Source: Acetatifactor sp. (GTDB lineage: Bacteria; Bacillota; Clostridia; Lachnospirales; Lachnospiraceae). Taken from it: a DNA stretch of 64,000 bases. The notes beneath the pieces are model-generated. The model had not been told where the DNA came from. It saw only the letters and a list, made by a program, of their open reading frames with translations, and searched no databases. Where the stretch lies: assembly GCA_051880315.1 (NCBI GenBank), contig JBJENR010000033.1, forward strand, positions 3,312 to 67,311, given 5' to 3'. The position numbers were made by a program, and so were the translations under genes. This document shows, one piece after another, positions 27,693 to 36,787 of the stretch (positions are counted from its first letter, which is position 1; the number at the start of each line of letters is the position of its first letter).

Positions 27693-27753
27693 TGGCGTAT
27701 CAGAAAAGACACCTCCGTAAGTAAACTTACTCGGTGTCTTTTCCGATACGCCA
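27693..27753. repeat. Long inverted repeat (21-bp arms, one mismatch) with nested hairpin
   Basis: TGGCGTATCAGAAAAGACACC / GGTGTCTTTTCCGATACGCCA enclosing GTAAG-TAAA-CTTAC; 10 nt after the spoIVB stop. Confidence 0.9.
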
Positions 27754-27763
27754 CCGCATGGTC

Positions 27764-29188
27764 TCAATGCTCCAGCATATTCTCAATAAAAATCCCATAC
27801 CCTCTTGTGGAATCCTGCACCAGGACGTGGGTTACAGCGCCGATAAACTTTCCGTTCTGGAGGATAGGACTGCCGGACATCCCTTGAACGATTCCACCGG
27901 TGAGTTCCAGCAGCTTCTTATCTGTAACCTTAAGTTCAATCCCTCTGTTAATATTATCGTGGCTTAAGTGGATATCCGTTATCTCCACATCATAATACGC
28001 AGGCTCTTCTTCTATGGTACAGAGAATCTGAGCAGGACCGAGCTTAATTTCCTGTTTTAGCCCGATGGGGACCGGGTCCTGCATTTCCATAGCCAGAGCT
28101 CTGGTATTACAGTTTCCGAAAATCCCCCTGCTGCTGTTTTCTGTGATATTTCCCAATATCCGGTCATCCGAATATACTATCATCCCTGTCATTTCTCCGG
28201 GATTTCCGCGGGTACCCTTTTTAATATCAATGATACTGGTTTCATAAAGAGTGCCTCCATTCATGTGCATGAGTGTGCTGGTGTCAACATCATTGATTCC
28301 GTGTCCCAACGCACCGAATTCTCCCCCGCTGTCGATATAGGTCATGGTTCCCACACCCTGGGCATTATCTCTGACCCATACCCCAATCTTATACTTACCG
28401 CTTTTGTCCCTCTGGGGCTTGATTGAGACATCCATGATTTCTCCGTCTCTTTCCAGTGTCAGAATCACGGCCTTACCTCCGCTTTTCTCCACCGCTGTAA
28501 TCAATTCTTCTTTTTTATTGATTTCCTCCCCATTGATTTTTCTGATATAATCGCCGGACTTCACTATGTTCTTTCCCGGAGAATAAGTGATTCCTCCCAC
28601 TCCCTGGAATTCACCCGCTCCTATCACAAGTATTCCGTCAGTCTCCACATAAATTCCGATAGGCATTCCCACAGGCACCAGTTCCTCATCGTCAATGGCA
28701 CGAATTCCCACCTGTTTGATGGGCAGGATTCCAAAGAGCTTCACCTGCATCCGGCAGCCTGTCTCAGCTTCCATCTTCATGGTCACTGTACGGCTTAAAT
28801 CAATCTGAACTGCTCCCTTTGGTATATTGCTGCCACCCTGGTCACTGACACTGATAATTTCTGCCTTTGCAGGCACTCCAAGGAAAAAAGACTGCTCCTG
28901 TCCTGCCCTGATATTGATTATAGAGGGTATGTTACTGTCCACATGATAATAAAACAGACCTGACATAGCAAAGACGGCAATTGTCAGCGCACTTATAAAA
29001 CATGCCCTGAATATCTTTCGACGCCTGACCCTGCTTTTCCAGTTCTGTAATATAACAACTGCATTCTCACCCGCTCTTTTTTTTATTTTTTCATTATTCT
29101 TCCCATTATTAAGCATCACAAACACACTCCCAACCTGCCGGTATACAGACCTGCCTTTTCCTCCGTGCGGTCTGAATTTAAAAAACAA
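27764..29188 (-). CDS. spoIVB: SpoIVB peptidase (S55); true start probably well downstream of 29188
   Basis: PDZ region; GVWVRDNAQGVGTMTY, FGALGHGI, TGGIVQGMSGSPILQNGKFIGAVTHV. The first ~50 codons look like a non-coding extension. Confidence 0.95.
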   Translation of the reverse strand: MFFKFRPHGGKGRSVYRQVGSVFVMLNNGKNNEKIKKRAGENAVVILQNWKSRVRRRKIFRACFISALTIAVFAMSGLFYYHVDSNIPSIINIRAGQEQSFFLGVPAKAEIISVSDQGGSNIPKGAVQIDLSRTVTMKMEAETGCRMQVKLFGILPIKQVGIRAIDDEELVPVGMPIGIYVETDGILVIGAGEFQGVGGITYSPGKNIVKSGDYIRKINGEEINKKEELITAVEKSGGKAVILTLERDGEIMDVSIKPQRDKSGKYKIGVWVRDNAQGVGTMTYIDSGGEFGALGHGINDVDTSTLMHMNGGTLYETSIIDIKKGTRGNPGEMTGMIVYSDDRILGNITENSSRGIFGNCNTRALAMEMQDPVPIGLKQEIKLGPAQILCTIEEEPAYYDVEITDIHLSHDNINRGIELKVTDKKLLELTGGIVQGMSGSPILQNGKFIGAVTHVLVQDSTRGYGIFIENMLEH

Positions 29189-29211
29189 AAAAGACCCTTA
29201 CACAGGTCTTT
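29189..29211 (-). terminator. Intrinsic terminator after the J/TPR gene
   Basis: Minus strand AAAGACC...GGTCTTT followed by TTTGTTTTT. Confidence 0.65.
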
Positions 29212-29277
29212 CTTGCGCCATTTATAGTATGTGTGTTTTTTTTGCTTTCATTCAGTCTTCCTTTTGAAATCAGCCAT

Positions 29278-32200
29278 TCATTTTTTTCTTTTCAGCCTGA
29301 GAATCTGAAACACAGCATTGTCATTTCCCCTGGGTGCACACCGGTCAGACTGTACAAAAAATTTTTCCGCATTCTCCTCATCCCCCTCATGCAGGGCCAT
29401 GAGTCCCCTGCACTCCCAATATTCCGTACAATCTGTAAGAGTACAATGACTGCACCAGGAGCTCTTTTCAATTTCTTCCAGATACTGTCCTGCCTTATCA
29501 TAGTCATCCGTATAGTAGGAGCACAAGAACAACTGATACAGATTATGTCTGGTGCCAATCATTGAATTTGCGTGAAGCTCTTCAGCCGTCAGACCAAGTC
29601 CGTGACATTCGCTATACTGCTCCTCCAGACACTGGATGAACATTTTATGGTAATTATCTGCTGCTTCCCAATCACCCATCCGCTGACAGCATGCCATCAG
29701 TTTTAGCAATATTTCCTTGTAATCACTTTTGTCAGCATCCTCACCGAGAGACTGCAGCATTTCCAGTGCCTTCTTTAAGTATTTCAGCCCCTTTTCTTCC
29801 TCCAGCAGACAGTAAAGCCATGTGTAAGCCATCTCCCGATATGCGCCAAATTTACCTTCCGCATTCCTCTCCAGCTTACTACCCTCCGGGGCTTCCAACA
29901 GTGCCTCTGCTTCCAGAAGCCGCTTTTTCACTTCCTCCGAAGGTGACATAAGCCGATAAAGGTGCATAAGATCCTCAATGCGTTCCCCCTCGTTTCTCCA
30001 GGATTCACAACAATACTTTTTTAAGTCCGTACTGCCGTAGCGCTCCTCAATGACTGCCAAAGCCTTGTCATACTGTTTCATTTGAATATATATTTTTTTG
30101 ATAAAGTCGAGATTCTTCCCTCTCTGCCTGTCGGAGACACATTTCGGAAGCCATTTTCTAAACCAGGCAATTCCCGTTTCATATTGTTTTGTCTCGATAA
30201 AATAATCGGCCATCTGACTGTAGGAAAAGGCATAATCAGTAGTGTCCTCCTTCAACAGAGCTTCAATTCCGTTTTCATAACATTCTACCGCCTCATCCCT
30301 CCTGTGCATCAGCTCCAGCACCTGACCTTTATGCCCCCAGTTGCGGGCTCGTCTGTCTGTCTCCAGTGCCCGATTGATTTCCTCCAATGCCAGTTCAAAT
30401 TCCCTGCCGCGTCTGTGTAAATCGGAAAGTTGCCAATAATCGGTGGCATCAGCCTCGCATCTCTCCAGCTGCAGCTTCATATACTCCAATGCTTTCTCAT
30501 AATAAATCTTCTGGCCTGTTCTGTTGAATTTCTGACGATACAGCCATGCCGCGCGCCATGCAAAATCCTTCTCCTCCGGGCCCGTTTCAACCGCCTTTTC
30601 GTAATATGTAATGGCATCGTCCCATTTTTTAAAGTTCTCAAAGCACCTTGCCATATAATAATACATAAAGCAGAAGGTCAGTCCCATTTCTTCACATACC
30701 TTCAGATGCTCCAGCGCTCCTTTGGAATCCTTATGATATAAAAACAGGGCTCTTCCAAGGGAGTATCTGGCATCTACGGTGTCCTTCAATTCCACGGAGC
30801 GCTGGGAATATCTTGCAATTTTCTTTTGATTTCCAAGCTCCTTCGCTCCTTCCTCCCCCTGGATATATGCCAGCTCCAGATAGGCCTTCGCCAGCAGTTC
30901 CTCCGATGCCTTTTCCTTTGTCAGCTCAGAAATGGTTTTTCTGGCATACATGTCTGCCTCTCTGGCTGTCTTCCGATCCACAATCAGCTTCCTCAGAAGC
31001 TGAATTCGCTGTACCTTCAGGGTGTGGCTGCTCAAGCCCGCTTCCTCTGCCTGATGTAATATATCGGAGGCATCATGACACTGTCCATAGTCCAGAAATA
31101 CTCTTGCTGCGCGCTCGTAGATTTCCGGATGCCCGTTGTAAATCTCCTTTGCGCTATAGAAGAAATCAATAACCTCCTGGGGCTTATGTAATTCCTCATA
31201 CGCCTCCTGGGCATAAAAGTGTGCCCAATAAAATCCCTGGTCAATTTCCCTCATCCGCAGACATAGTTCTGTTATATATTCGTATTCCTTCAGCTCTCTT
31301 GCAAGCATGAGACGGTTCATCAGCAGATTAATATCCTTCGGTTTCAACGTAATTCCCAGTTCAAAGGCTTCCACTGATTTGGCCATAAGGGAGGCTTTCT
31401 CCTCCTCTGCCGCCTGCTCTGCGAGCATTCGATACGCCCTGCCCTCCATCTCCCGGGCCTGGGCCATACTTTCCACCCGTTCCTCCGGGGTTAAGGAATC
31501 CTCCTCGTTTGTCTCGGAGAGAGTAGGTTCTTCTTCCAGATTTCTGCGCCAGCCCTCGCAATGCCCAAGGGCCTCTTCCGGACGGTTTGCCTGCAACAAC
31601 AGTACCGCCAGGGCACGATGATTTCTAAAGCCGTCTCCCTGCAGCATACGATGTGCTTCCATGAATTCCAGACCTTCCGCACAACGATCCGTCTGAATAT
31701 AGCACCAGGCCAGTTTCTGAGTCTGCTTTTCCGTCAATTCCTCCGGTATCCCGCTCCACTGCTCAATCAGTCTTGTATTGATTCCAGTCAACAGCTGGAC
31801 TACCTCCTCTGTCTCAAAGAGGTCATGGGCATCCAGACATTGTTTTCTGGCATCCTCCAGTTTACCTTCCTCTTCGTACAATTCTGCCAGATTCAGGGAG
31901 ACATAATAACGAGAACCGTTAGGAAGCTTGTCTTCCTTCAGCAGTCTTTCAAACATGGGAAGGGTTTCCCGGTGGCGTCCCAGCTCTTTTAGCATTCTGG
32001 CACATCCCAGATAAACCTGCACATCATTTTCATAGTTCACAAGAAGCCTTTGAATCAAAGGCTCTGCGTCCTGCCTTCTGTCTGTTCTCATCAGGTATCT
32101 TGCCTTTTCCAGCTGCATCCACGGATGCTCCATACCCAATGACTCCAGATACTGAATTTTCTGTTCTGCTGCCCCCAGAGCAGCCTCTCTCCCATCCTCC

Positions 32201-32799
32201 CGGGAAGCCTCCTCCATCAGACGGCGCAGTTCATCATAACCGTTCAAAAAACCATCATAATCCAAATCGGAATTATCCATTGGCAGGAACTCGTCATAAG
32301 GGAAATCAAAGGTTTCCTCCTCTACAAGCTTTCCCTCAATATATTCCACAAAACCTCCCGGCAGGTTTTCCATAAACTCCGCCTTGTGTTCCCCGATAAA
32401 AAAATAAGAATCCAGCAAACGCCATATTTTTACCGGCAAACGCCAATGGCCTGCAAGCCAGGAAAAGAGACTCCACTTGGCAGTTTCCTCAAGCTCCAGT
32501 GCATCAAACAGAGGATCCTCCAACAGCTTCTTCCAGGCATCCGGATTAATTCTGTCAGCCATCCGGGAATAAACCCTCTGAAACCGGTCCATTAACAAAT
32601 CTACCGGTCCTTTCTCCGTCTCCTGCTCTTCCTCCGTTATTCTGGCAAAATCCAATGCCTGCTCATAGGCATTTCTTAAGCGTATAAATCCTTCCTGGTC
32701 ATCCTCCGGGTTGACCTGCGCAAGTCTGTCCCGATAAGCCCTGCGAATCTTTTGCTCATCCTTTGTCTGCTCAATACCCAGAACTACAAAGCATTCCAT
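29278..32799 (-). CDS. Large J-domain-like/TPR-repeat protein
   Basis: GGAGG RBS and ATG 32799; VLGIEQTKDEQKIRRAYRDRLAQVNPEDDQEGFIRLRNAYE is J-like; many TPR-like helical repeats; C-terminal CSHCTLTDC. Confidence 0.85.
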   Translation of the reverse strand: MECFVVLGIEQTKDEQKIRRAYRDRLAQVNPEDDQEGFIRLRNAYEQALDFARITEEEQETEKGPVDLLMDRFQRVYSRMADRINPDAWKKLLEDPLFDALELEETAKWSLFSWLAGHWRLPVKIWRLLDSYFFIGEHKAEFMENLPGGFVEYIEGKLVEEETFDFPYDEFLPMDNSDLDYDGFLNGYDELRRLMEEASREDGREAALGAAEQKIQYLESLGMEHPWMQLEKARYLMRTDRRQDAEPLIQRLLVNYENDVQVYLGCARMLKELGRHRETLPMFERLLKEDKLPNGSRYYVSLNLAELYEEEGKLEDARKQCLDAHDLFETEEVVQLLTGINTRLIEQWSGIPEELTEKQTQKLAWCYIQTDRCAEGLEFMEAHRMLQGDGFRNHRALAVLLLQANRPEEALGHCEGWRRNLEEEPTLSETNEEDSLTPEERVESMAQAREMEGRAYRMLAEQAAEEEKASLMAKSVEAFELGITLKPKDINLLMNRLMLARELKEYEYITELCLRMREIDQGFYWAHFYAQEAYEELHKPQEVIDFFYSAKEIYNGHPEIYERAARVFLDYGQCHDASDILHQAEEAGLSSHTLKVQRIQLLRKLIVDRKTAREADMYARKTISELTKEKASEELLAKAYLELAYIQGEEGAKELGNQKKIARYSQRSVELKDTVDARYSLGRALFLYHKDSKGALEHLKVCEEMGLTFCFMYYYMARCFENFKKWDDAITYYEKAVETGPEEKDFAWRAAWLYRQKFNRTGQKIYYEKALEYMKLQLERCEADATDYWQLSDLHRRGREFELALEEINRALETDRRARNWGHKGQVLELMHRRDEAVECYENGIEALLKEDTTDYAFSYSQMADYFIETKQYETGIAWFRKWLPKCVSDRQRGKNLDFIKKIYIQMKQYDKALAVIEERYGSTDLKKYCCESWRNEGERIEDLMHLYRLMSPSEEVKKRLLEAEALLEAPEGSKLERNAEGKFGAYREMAYTWLYCLLEEEKGLKYLKKALEMLQSLGEDADKSDYKEILLKLMACCQRMGDWEAADNYHKMFIQCLEEQYSECHGLGLTAEELHANSMIGTRHNLYQLFLCSYYTDDYDKAGQYLEEIEKSSWCSHCTLTDCTEYWECRGLMALHEGDEENAEKFFVQSDRCAPRGNDNAVFQILRLKRKK

Positions 32800-34501
32800 A
32801 TCCTTCCTCCGTGTGCCACTCCATCGCCTTATGCTGTAACGCCTGTCCCCGCATCTCTCGGGCATTGGAAAGCGCTGCCTCCGTCAAGGCATCACTGCCA
32901 AGCAGCCGTGCCAATTCACCCAGGCTTTCTTCTTCATTCATCATTCTGATATCCGTGATGGTATTATCCCCTGTGCTGCTTTTCTCAATGCAAAAATGCC
33001 TGTCAGCCATAGCGGCAATCTGCGGTAAATGAGTGATACAGATGACCTGATGTGCGTGCGCCAGCGTATCCAGCTGTTCAGATACCTTCCATGCCGTCCT
33101 GCCGCTGATGCCGGCGTCAATCTCGTCAAATATCAGGGTGTCAATATCGTCCCTGCCTGCCAGAACCGTCTTGATGGCCAGCATCACTCTGGAAAGTTCA
33201 CCTCCGCTGGCAACCTGTCCCAGTGATTTTAACGGTTCTCCGGGATTTGTGGAAATCATAAACTCCACATCATCATATCCCCCGGCGGTTATGGTCTGCT
33301 CCGGACGAACAGCAATCTCAAAATCCACCGTCAGAAAATTCAGGTTCACCAGCGCTTCCTTCAATTGTCTTTCCAGCCGGGAAGCATTTTTCTGCCGGAT
33401 TGCCGAGAGTTTCTCACAGGCTGCTCTCAGTCTGCCCTCCGCCGCAGCAAGCTCCTCCTTCAGCTGCTGCATATAAGCATCATAGTCTGCCAGCTTTTCC
33501 AAAAGCTGCTTCCTGCCTTCCTTATAAGCAATCACCTTCTCCAAAGTATTGCCATATTTTTCCTTCAGTCTGTTCAGGGTATTCAGGCGCTCTTCCGCCT
33601 CCACAAACTCCCTTTCATCAAACTCACAGTCCCCCATATATCCGGCAACGTCACGATTATAATCGGCCAGCAGATTATCAATCTCCGCCAGCTGCTCCTC
33701 CAGCTCCTCCAACCGGGGATCATAGGCTGCAACACTGCGGATTGCCCGCAGGGCACGGCTCAGGGCGCTGCCTGCACCCTCTCCCTCATTGCCTGTGAGC
33801 TGATAGCTTTCGGACAGGCTTTCCGTGATTTTTCGGCTGTTGGTCATAAGACGATACCGCTGTTCCAGTTTCTCATCTTCCCCCGGAGTAAGCCCGGCAT
33901 CCTCTATTTCACGGAATTCAAACTCTGCAAGAGACTGTTCCCGCAGTCTGGACTCCTCGTCAAAAGTCTCCTCATCCAGTTTTTTTCTGATTTCCCTACA
34001 CGCCAGAAATTCCTGTTCCACCTTCCCTGCGATTGCGTCAAATTCCTCTCCGCAGTAAGAGTCCAGAATCTCCATATGCTTTTTCTTATTCAGCAATGAC
34101 TGATGTTCATGCTGACCATGAATATCGATCAGCACCTCTGCCAGTTCCTTTACCTGCCTGGCAGTAACCGTCTCTCCGTTAATCTTACAGACGTTCTTTC
34201 CCACCTGCATCTTACGGCTTAAGATTACCGTGTCGTCCTCCTGGGGCTCTAAATCCATCTCCAGAAGCTTCTCCCGCACCTTGGGATTATCTCCGGTAAA
34301 CACCAGCTCCACCAGCGCATTTTCAGCGCCCTTGCGCAGCATATCCTTCTCGAATTTACCGCCCAGCGCCAGGCTGATACTGCCGATCAGCAGAGATTTA
34401 CCGGCTCCGGTTTCACCGGTAAGGATATTCAGTCCCTTACCAAACTCAACCTCCGTCTCCTCCATCAACGCCAGATTTTTCACATGTAGACTTTGCAGCA
34501 T
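32771..34501 (-). CDS. recN: DNA repair protein RecN
   Basis: MLQSLHVKNLAL, LTGETGAGKS, IHGQHEHQ, ASGGELSR, FDEIDAGISG, CITHLPQIA; start refined to 34501. Confidence 0.97.
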   Translation of the reverse strand: MLQSLHVKNLALMEETEVEFGKGLNILTGETGAGKSLLIGSISLALGGKFEKDMLRKGAENALVELVFTGDNPKVREKLLEMDLEPQEDDTVILSRKMQVGKNVCKINGETVTARQVKELAEVLIDIHGQHEHQSLLNKKKHMEILDSYCGEEFDAIAGKVEQEFLACREIRKKLDEETFDEESRLREQSLAEFEFREIEDAGLTPGEDEKLEQRYRLMTNSRKITESLSESYQLTGNEGEGAGSALSRALRAIRSVAAYDPRLEELEEQLAEIDNLLADYNRDVAGYMGDCEFDEREFVEAEERLNTLNRLKEKYGNTLEKVIAYKEGRKQLLEKLADYDAYMQQLKEELAAAEGRLRAACEKLSAIRQKNASRLERQLKEALVNLNFLTVDFEIAVRPEQTITAGGYDDVEFMISTNPGEPLKSLGQVASGGELSRVMLAIKTVLAGRDDIDTLIFDEIDAGISGRTAWKVSEQLDTLAHAHQVICITHLPQIAAMADRHFCIEKSSTGDNTITDIRMMNEEESLGELARLLGSDALTEAALSNAREMRGQALQHKAMEWHTEEGYGMLCSSGY

Positions 34502-34558
34502 TTCAAACCCTCCTTGGATTTCCATCCATTTGCCCTTCCCCGACAATACAGGTCTGTA

Positions 34559-35011
34559 TTATGCCTTGATAAAACTATGTATTTTATTCATCAGCTTCTC
34601 CGTATCTTCCGCGGAGCGCGCTGCAACAAAAATCGTATCATCTCCCGCTATACACCCTACGACCTCAGACAGCTTCATGGCATCCAGCGCCATGGCCGCT
34701 GCCATGGCCATACCGGAACCGGTCTTGATAACCAGGATATTCTGTGCCATTTCCATAGATGAAAATCCATCTCTAAGTACTCTGGTATACTTATCTCCCA
34801 TATCCCCTCCGGTCTGTTTCAGGGAAGCATATTTCTGCTTTCCGTCCGCAGTCTGCACCTTGGTCAGCTGCAGTTCTCTGATATCCCTTGAGACGGTAGC
34901 CTGGGTCACACGAAACCCGGCGTCCCGCAGCCTTTCTGCCAGTTCCTCCTGGGTCTCAATGTCAAATCTGTGAATGAGTTCTTCTATTTTTTCATGCCTG
35001 TTCTTTTTCAT
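34559..35011 (-). CDS. argR: Arginine repressor
   Basis: ETQEEL, VTQATVSRDIREL, GCIAGDDTIF. Confidence 0.96.
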   Translation of the reverse strand: MKKNRHEKIEELIHRFDIETQEELAERLRDAGFRVTQATVSRDIRELQLTKVQTADGKQKYASLKQTGGDMGDKYTRVLRDGFSSMEMAQNILVIKTGSGMAMAAAMALDAMKLSEVVGCIAGDDTIFVAARSAEDTEKLMNKIHSFIKA

Positions 35012-35028
35012 AAGATTACAACACCTTT

Positions 35029-35895
35029 CTAATCTGACATCTTCCTGTGCAATACCTCCAAAAAGTTTATCCTGTTCAGCCGGATAAACGTTGCCACCAT
35101 ATCTGAGCGTACAATTCTTATCCTGTCACCTGCATTCAGAGGGATACCGTAATTTCCGTCAAAACTGACTTCCGTGGTCTGATGCCTGTCCTCCCTCCCC
35201 TGAGGGATTTCTATTTCAATGCAGTCATCCGAAGAAAGGACAATGCTTCTCTGATTCAGCGAATGAGGACAAATCGGCGTAAGAACTATGAGACAGGCTT
35301 TGGGCTCCACAATAGGACCTCCCGCAGACAGATTATACCCCGTAGAACCTGTGGGTGTTGTGACAATCATGCCGTCCGCATCATAGGAATTTAAAAACTG
35401 CCCGTTGACATAAATATTAAATTTCAAAATCTGCAGCGAGCCGCTTCTGGCAAACACAATATCATTCAGAGCCCAGCTTTCCCGGACCTCTCCATTCTTT
35501 AACAAAACCTTGCCGGTCAGCATCATTCGGCTCTCCGTCTCATAATCTCCGGCTATCAGCCTGTCCAGTGCCGATTCCAGTTCGGAGGGCTCAGTCTCCG
35601 TCATATAGCCGAGAGTTCCCAGATTCACTCCCAGTATGGGCACTGCATGTCCAATGGTTTCACGCACTGCCTGCAGCACAGTACCATCACCACCCAGGAC
35701 CAACATACAATCCCCTTCGGGAGGCATCTCTCCGGTGCCTTCAGATTCCGTACAGGCTCCCTGCTCCTGCCACAGGCCGTCCTCCGAGAGAACAGATACC
35801 TTTTTTCCTCTCTGTCCCAAATAAGAACAAATCCGCCCGGTGACAGCCATGTTTTTATCCTTATGTCTGTTCGTATATACCAGAAAATGTTTCAT
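35029..35895 (-). CDS. nadK: NAD kinase
   Basis: LGGDGT, GVNLGTLGY, ALND, DGMIVTTPTGSTGYNLSAGGP. Confidence 0.96.
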   Translation of the reverse strand: MKHFLVYTNRHKDKNMAVTGRICSYLGQRGKKVSVLSEDGLWQEQGACTESEGTGEMPPEGDCMLVLGGDGTVLQAVRETIGHAVPILGVNLGTLGYMTETEPSELESALDRLIAGDYETESRMMLTGKVLLKNGEVRESWALNDIVFARSGSLQILKFNIYVNGQFLNSYDADGMIVTTPTGSTGYNLSAGGPIVEPKACLIVLTPICPHSLNQRSIVLSSDDCIEIEIPQGREDRHQTTEVSFDGNYGIPLNAGDRIRIVRSDMVATFIRLNRINFLEVLHRKMSD

Positions 35896-35904
35896 ATCCT
35901 CTCC

Positions 35905-36786
35905 TCACAATAAATGGGAGTTCTCTACCGTCTCAGCAATCAGCCTTTGCCATTCCGCGCTCCGGGACAGGCCTGCCCCGCTTTCCGTCAGCTGCTTCAG
36001 TGCTGCTTCCGCTTCCTGCTCCGTCAGTTCCCGGATTTCGGTTTCCGGCTCACATTCCTTTTTCAGATGTATCAGATACTCAATATTCCCCTCCGGTCCC
36101 TTAATGGGGGAATACTCCAGATGTAGCACGGCAAAGCCGATACTGTGGGCATAGTCGATAATCTTCTCTATTACTTCACGATGAACCTCAGGCTCCCTGA
36201 CCACACCGTTTTTTCCCACCTTGTCACGTCCAGCCTCAAATTGCGGCTTGATGAGACAAACCATCTCTCCCCCGGTTTTCAGAAGATTTCTGGCGGGAAT
36301 GAGAATTTTGGTAAGGGAGATGAACGAGACGTCCACACTTGCAAAATCCAGCTTATCCGGGATATCTTTTTCTGTCACATACCGGAAATTCGTCTGCTCC
36401 ATGCAGACCACCCTCTCGTCGTTTCGAAGCCTCCAGTCCAGCTGCCCCCGCCCCACATCCACGGCGTACACTCTGGACGCACCATTTTGAAGCATACAGT
36501 CCGTAAATCCTCCCGTGGAGGCACCGATATCCATACAAACCTTGCCCTCCAGAAGAAAGCCCCAGCTGTTCATGGCCTTTTCCAGTTTTAAGCCGCCGCG
36601 GCTCACATACTTCAGCGTATGGCCTCTGACTTCAAGCTTGATTTTACTCTCGTCAAAAGCAGTTCCGGCTTTGTCCTCCTTCTGTCCGTTGACGTACACA
36701 TTTCCCGACATAATTATGGCTTTTGCCTTCTCCCTTGAAGTGGCATAGCCCTGATTCATCAAGATGATATCCAGTCTTTCCTTCAT
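35905..36786 (-). CDS. tlyA: TlyA family RNA methyltransferase
   Basis: N-terminal S4 domain; YVSRGGLKLEKA, DIGASTGGFTD, DVSFISL, LIKPQFEAG. Confidence 0.95.
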   Translation of the reverse strand: MKERLDIILMNQGYATSREKAKAIIMSGNVYVNGQKEDKAGTAFDESKIKLEVRGHTLKYVSRGGLKLEKAMNSWGFLLEGKVCMDIGASTGGFTDCMLQNGASRVYAVDVGRGQLDWRLRNDERVVCMEQTNFRYVTEKDIPDKLDFASVDVSFISLTKILIPARNLLKTGGEMVCLIKPQFEAGRDKVGKNGVVREPEVHREVIEKIIDYAHSIGFAVLHLEYSPIKGPEGNIEYLIHLKKECEPETEIRELTEQEAEAALKQLTESGAGLSRSAEWQRLIAETVENSHLL

Positions 36787-36787
36787 C

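Noticed and set aside
27223-27724. Small ORFs over the repeat arrays (27223-27411, 27266-27481, 27417-27887, 27432-27638, 27500-27724)
   Set aside because: They are translations of non-triplet repeats (61 and 64 bp); the same peptide words recur across frames and there is no family signal.
23800-27760. Defined mobile element (ICE, prophage or IS) for the accessory patch
   Set aside because: No integrase, transposase, relaxase, terminal inverted repeats or flanking direct repeats could be identified; reported only as an accessory patch.
28995-29065. Frameshift at the spoIVB 5' end (out-of-frame ATG after GGGTGAGA)
   Set aside because: That frame gives a 23-aa peptide with no SpoIVB character and the RBS spacing is poor; the true start is left unresolved.
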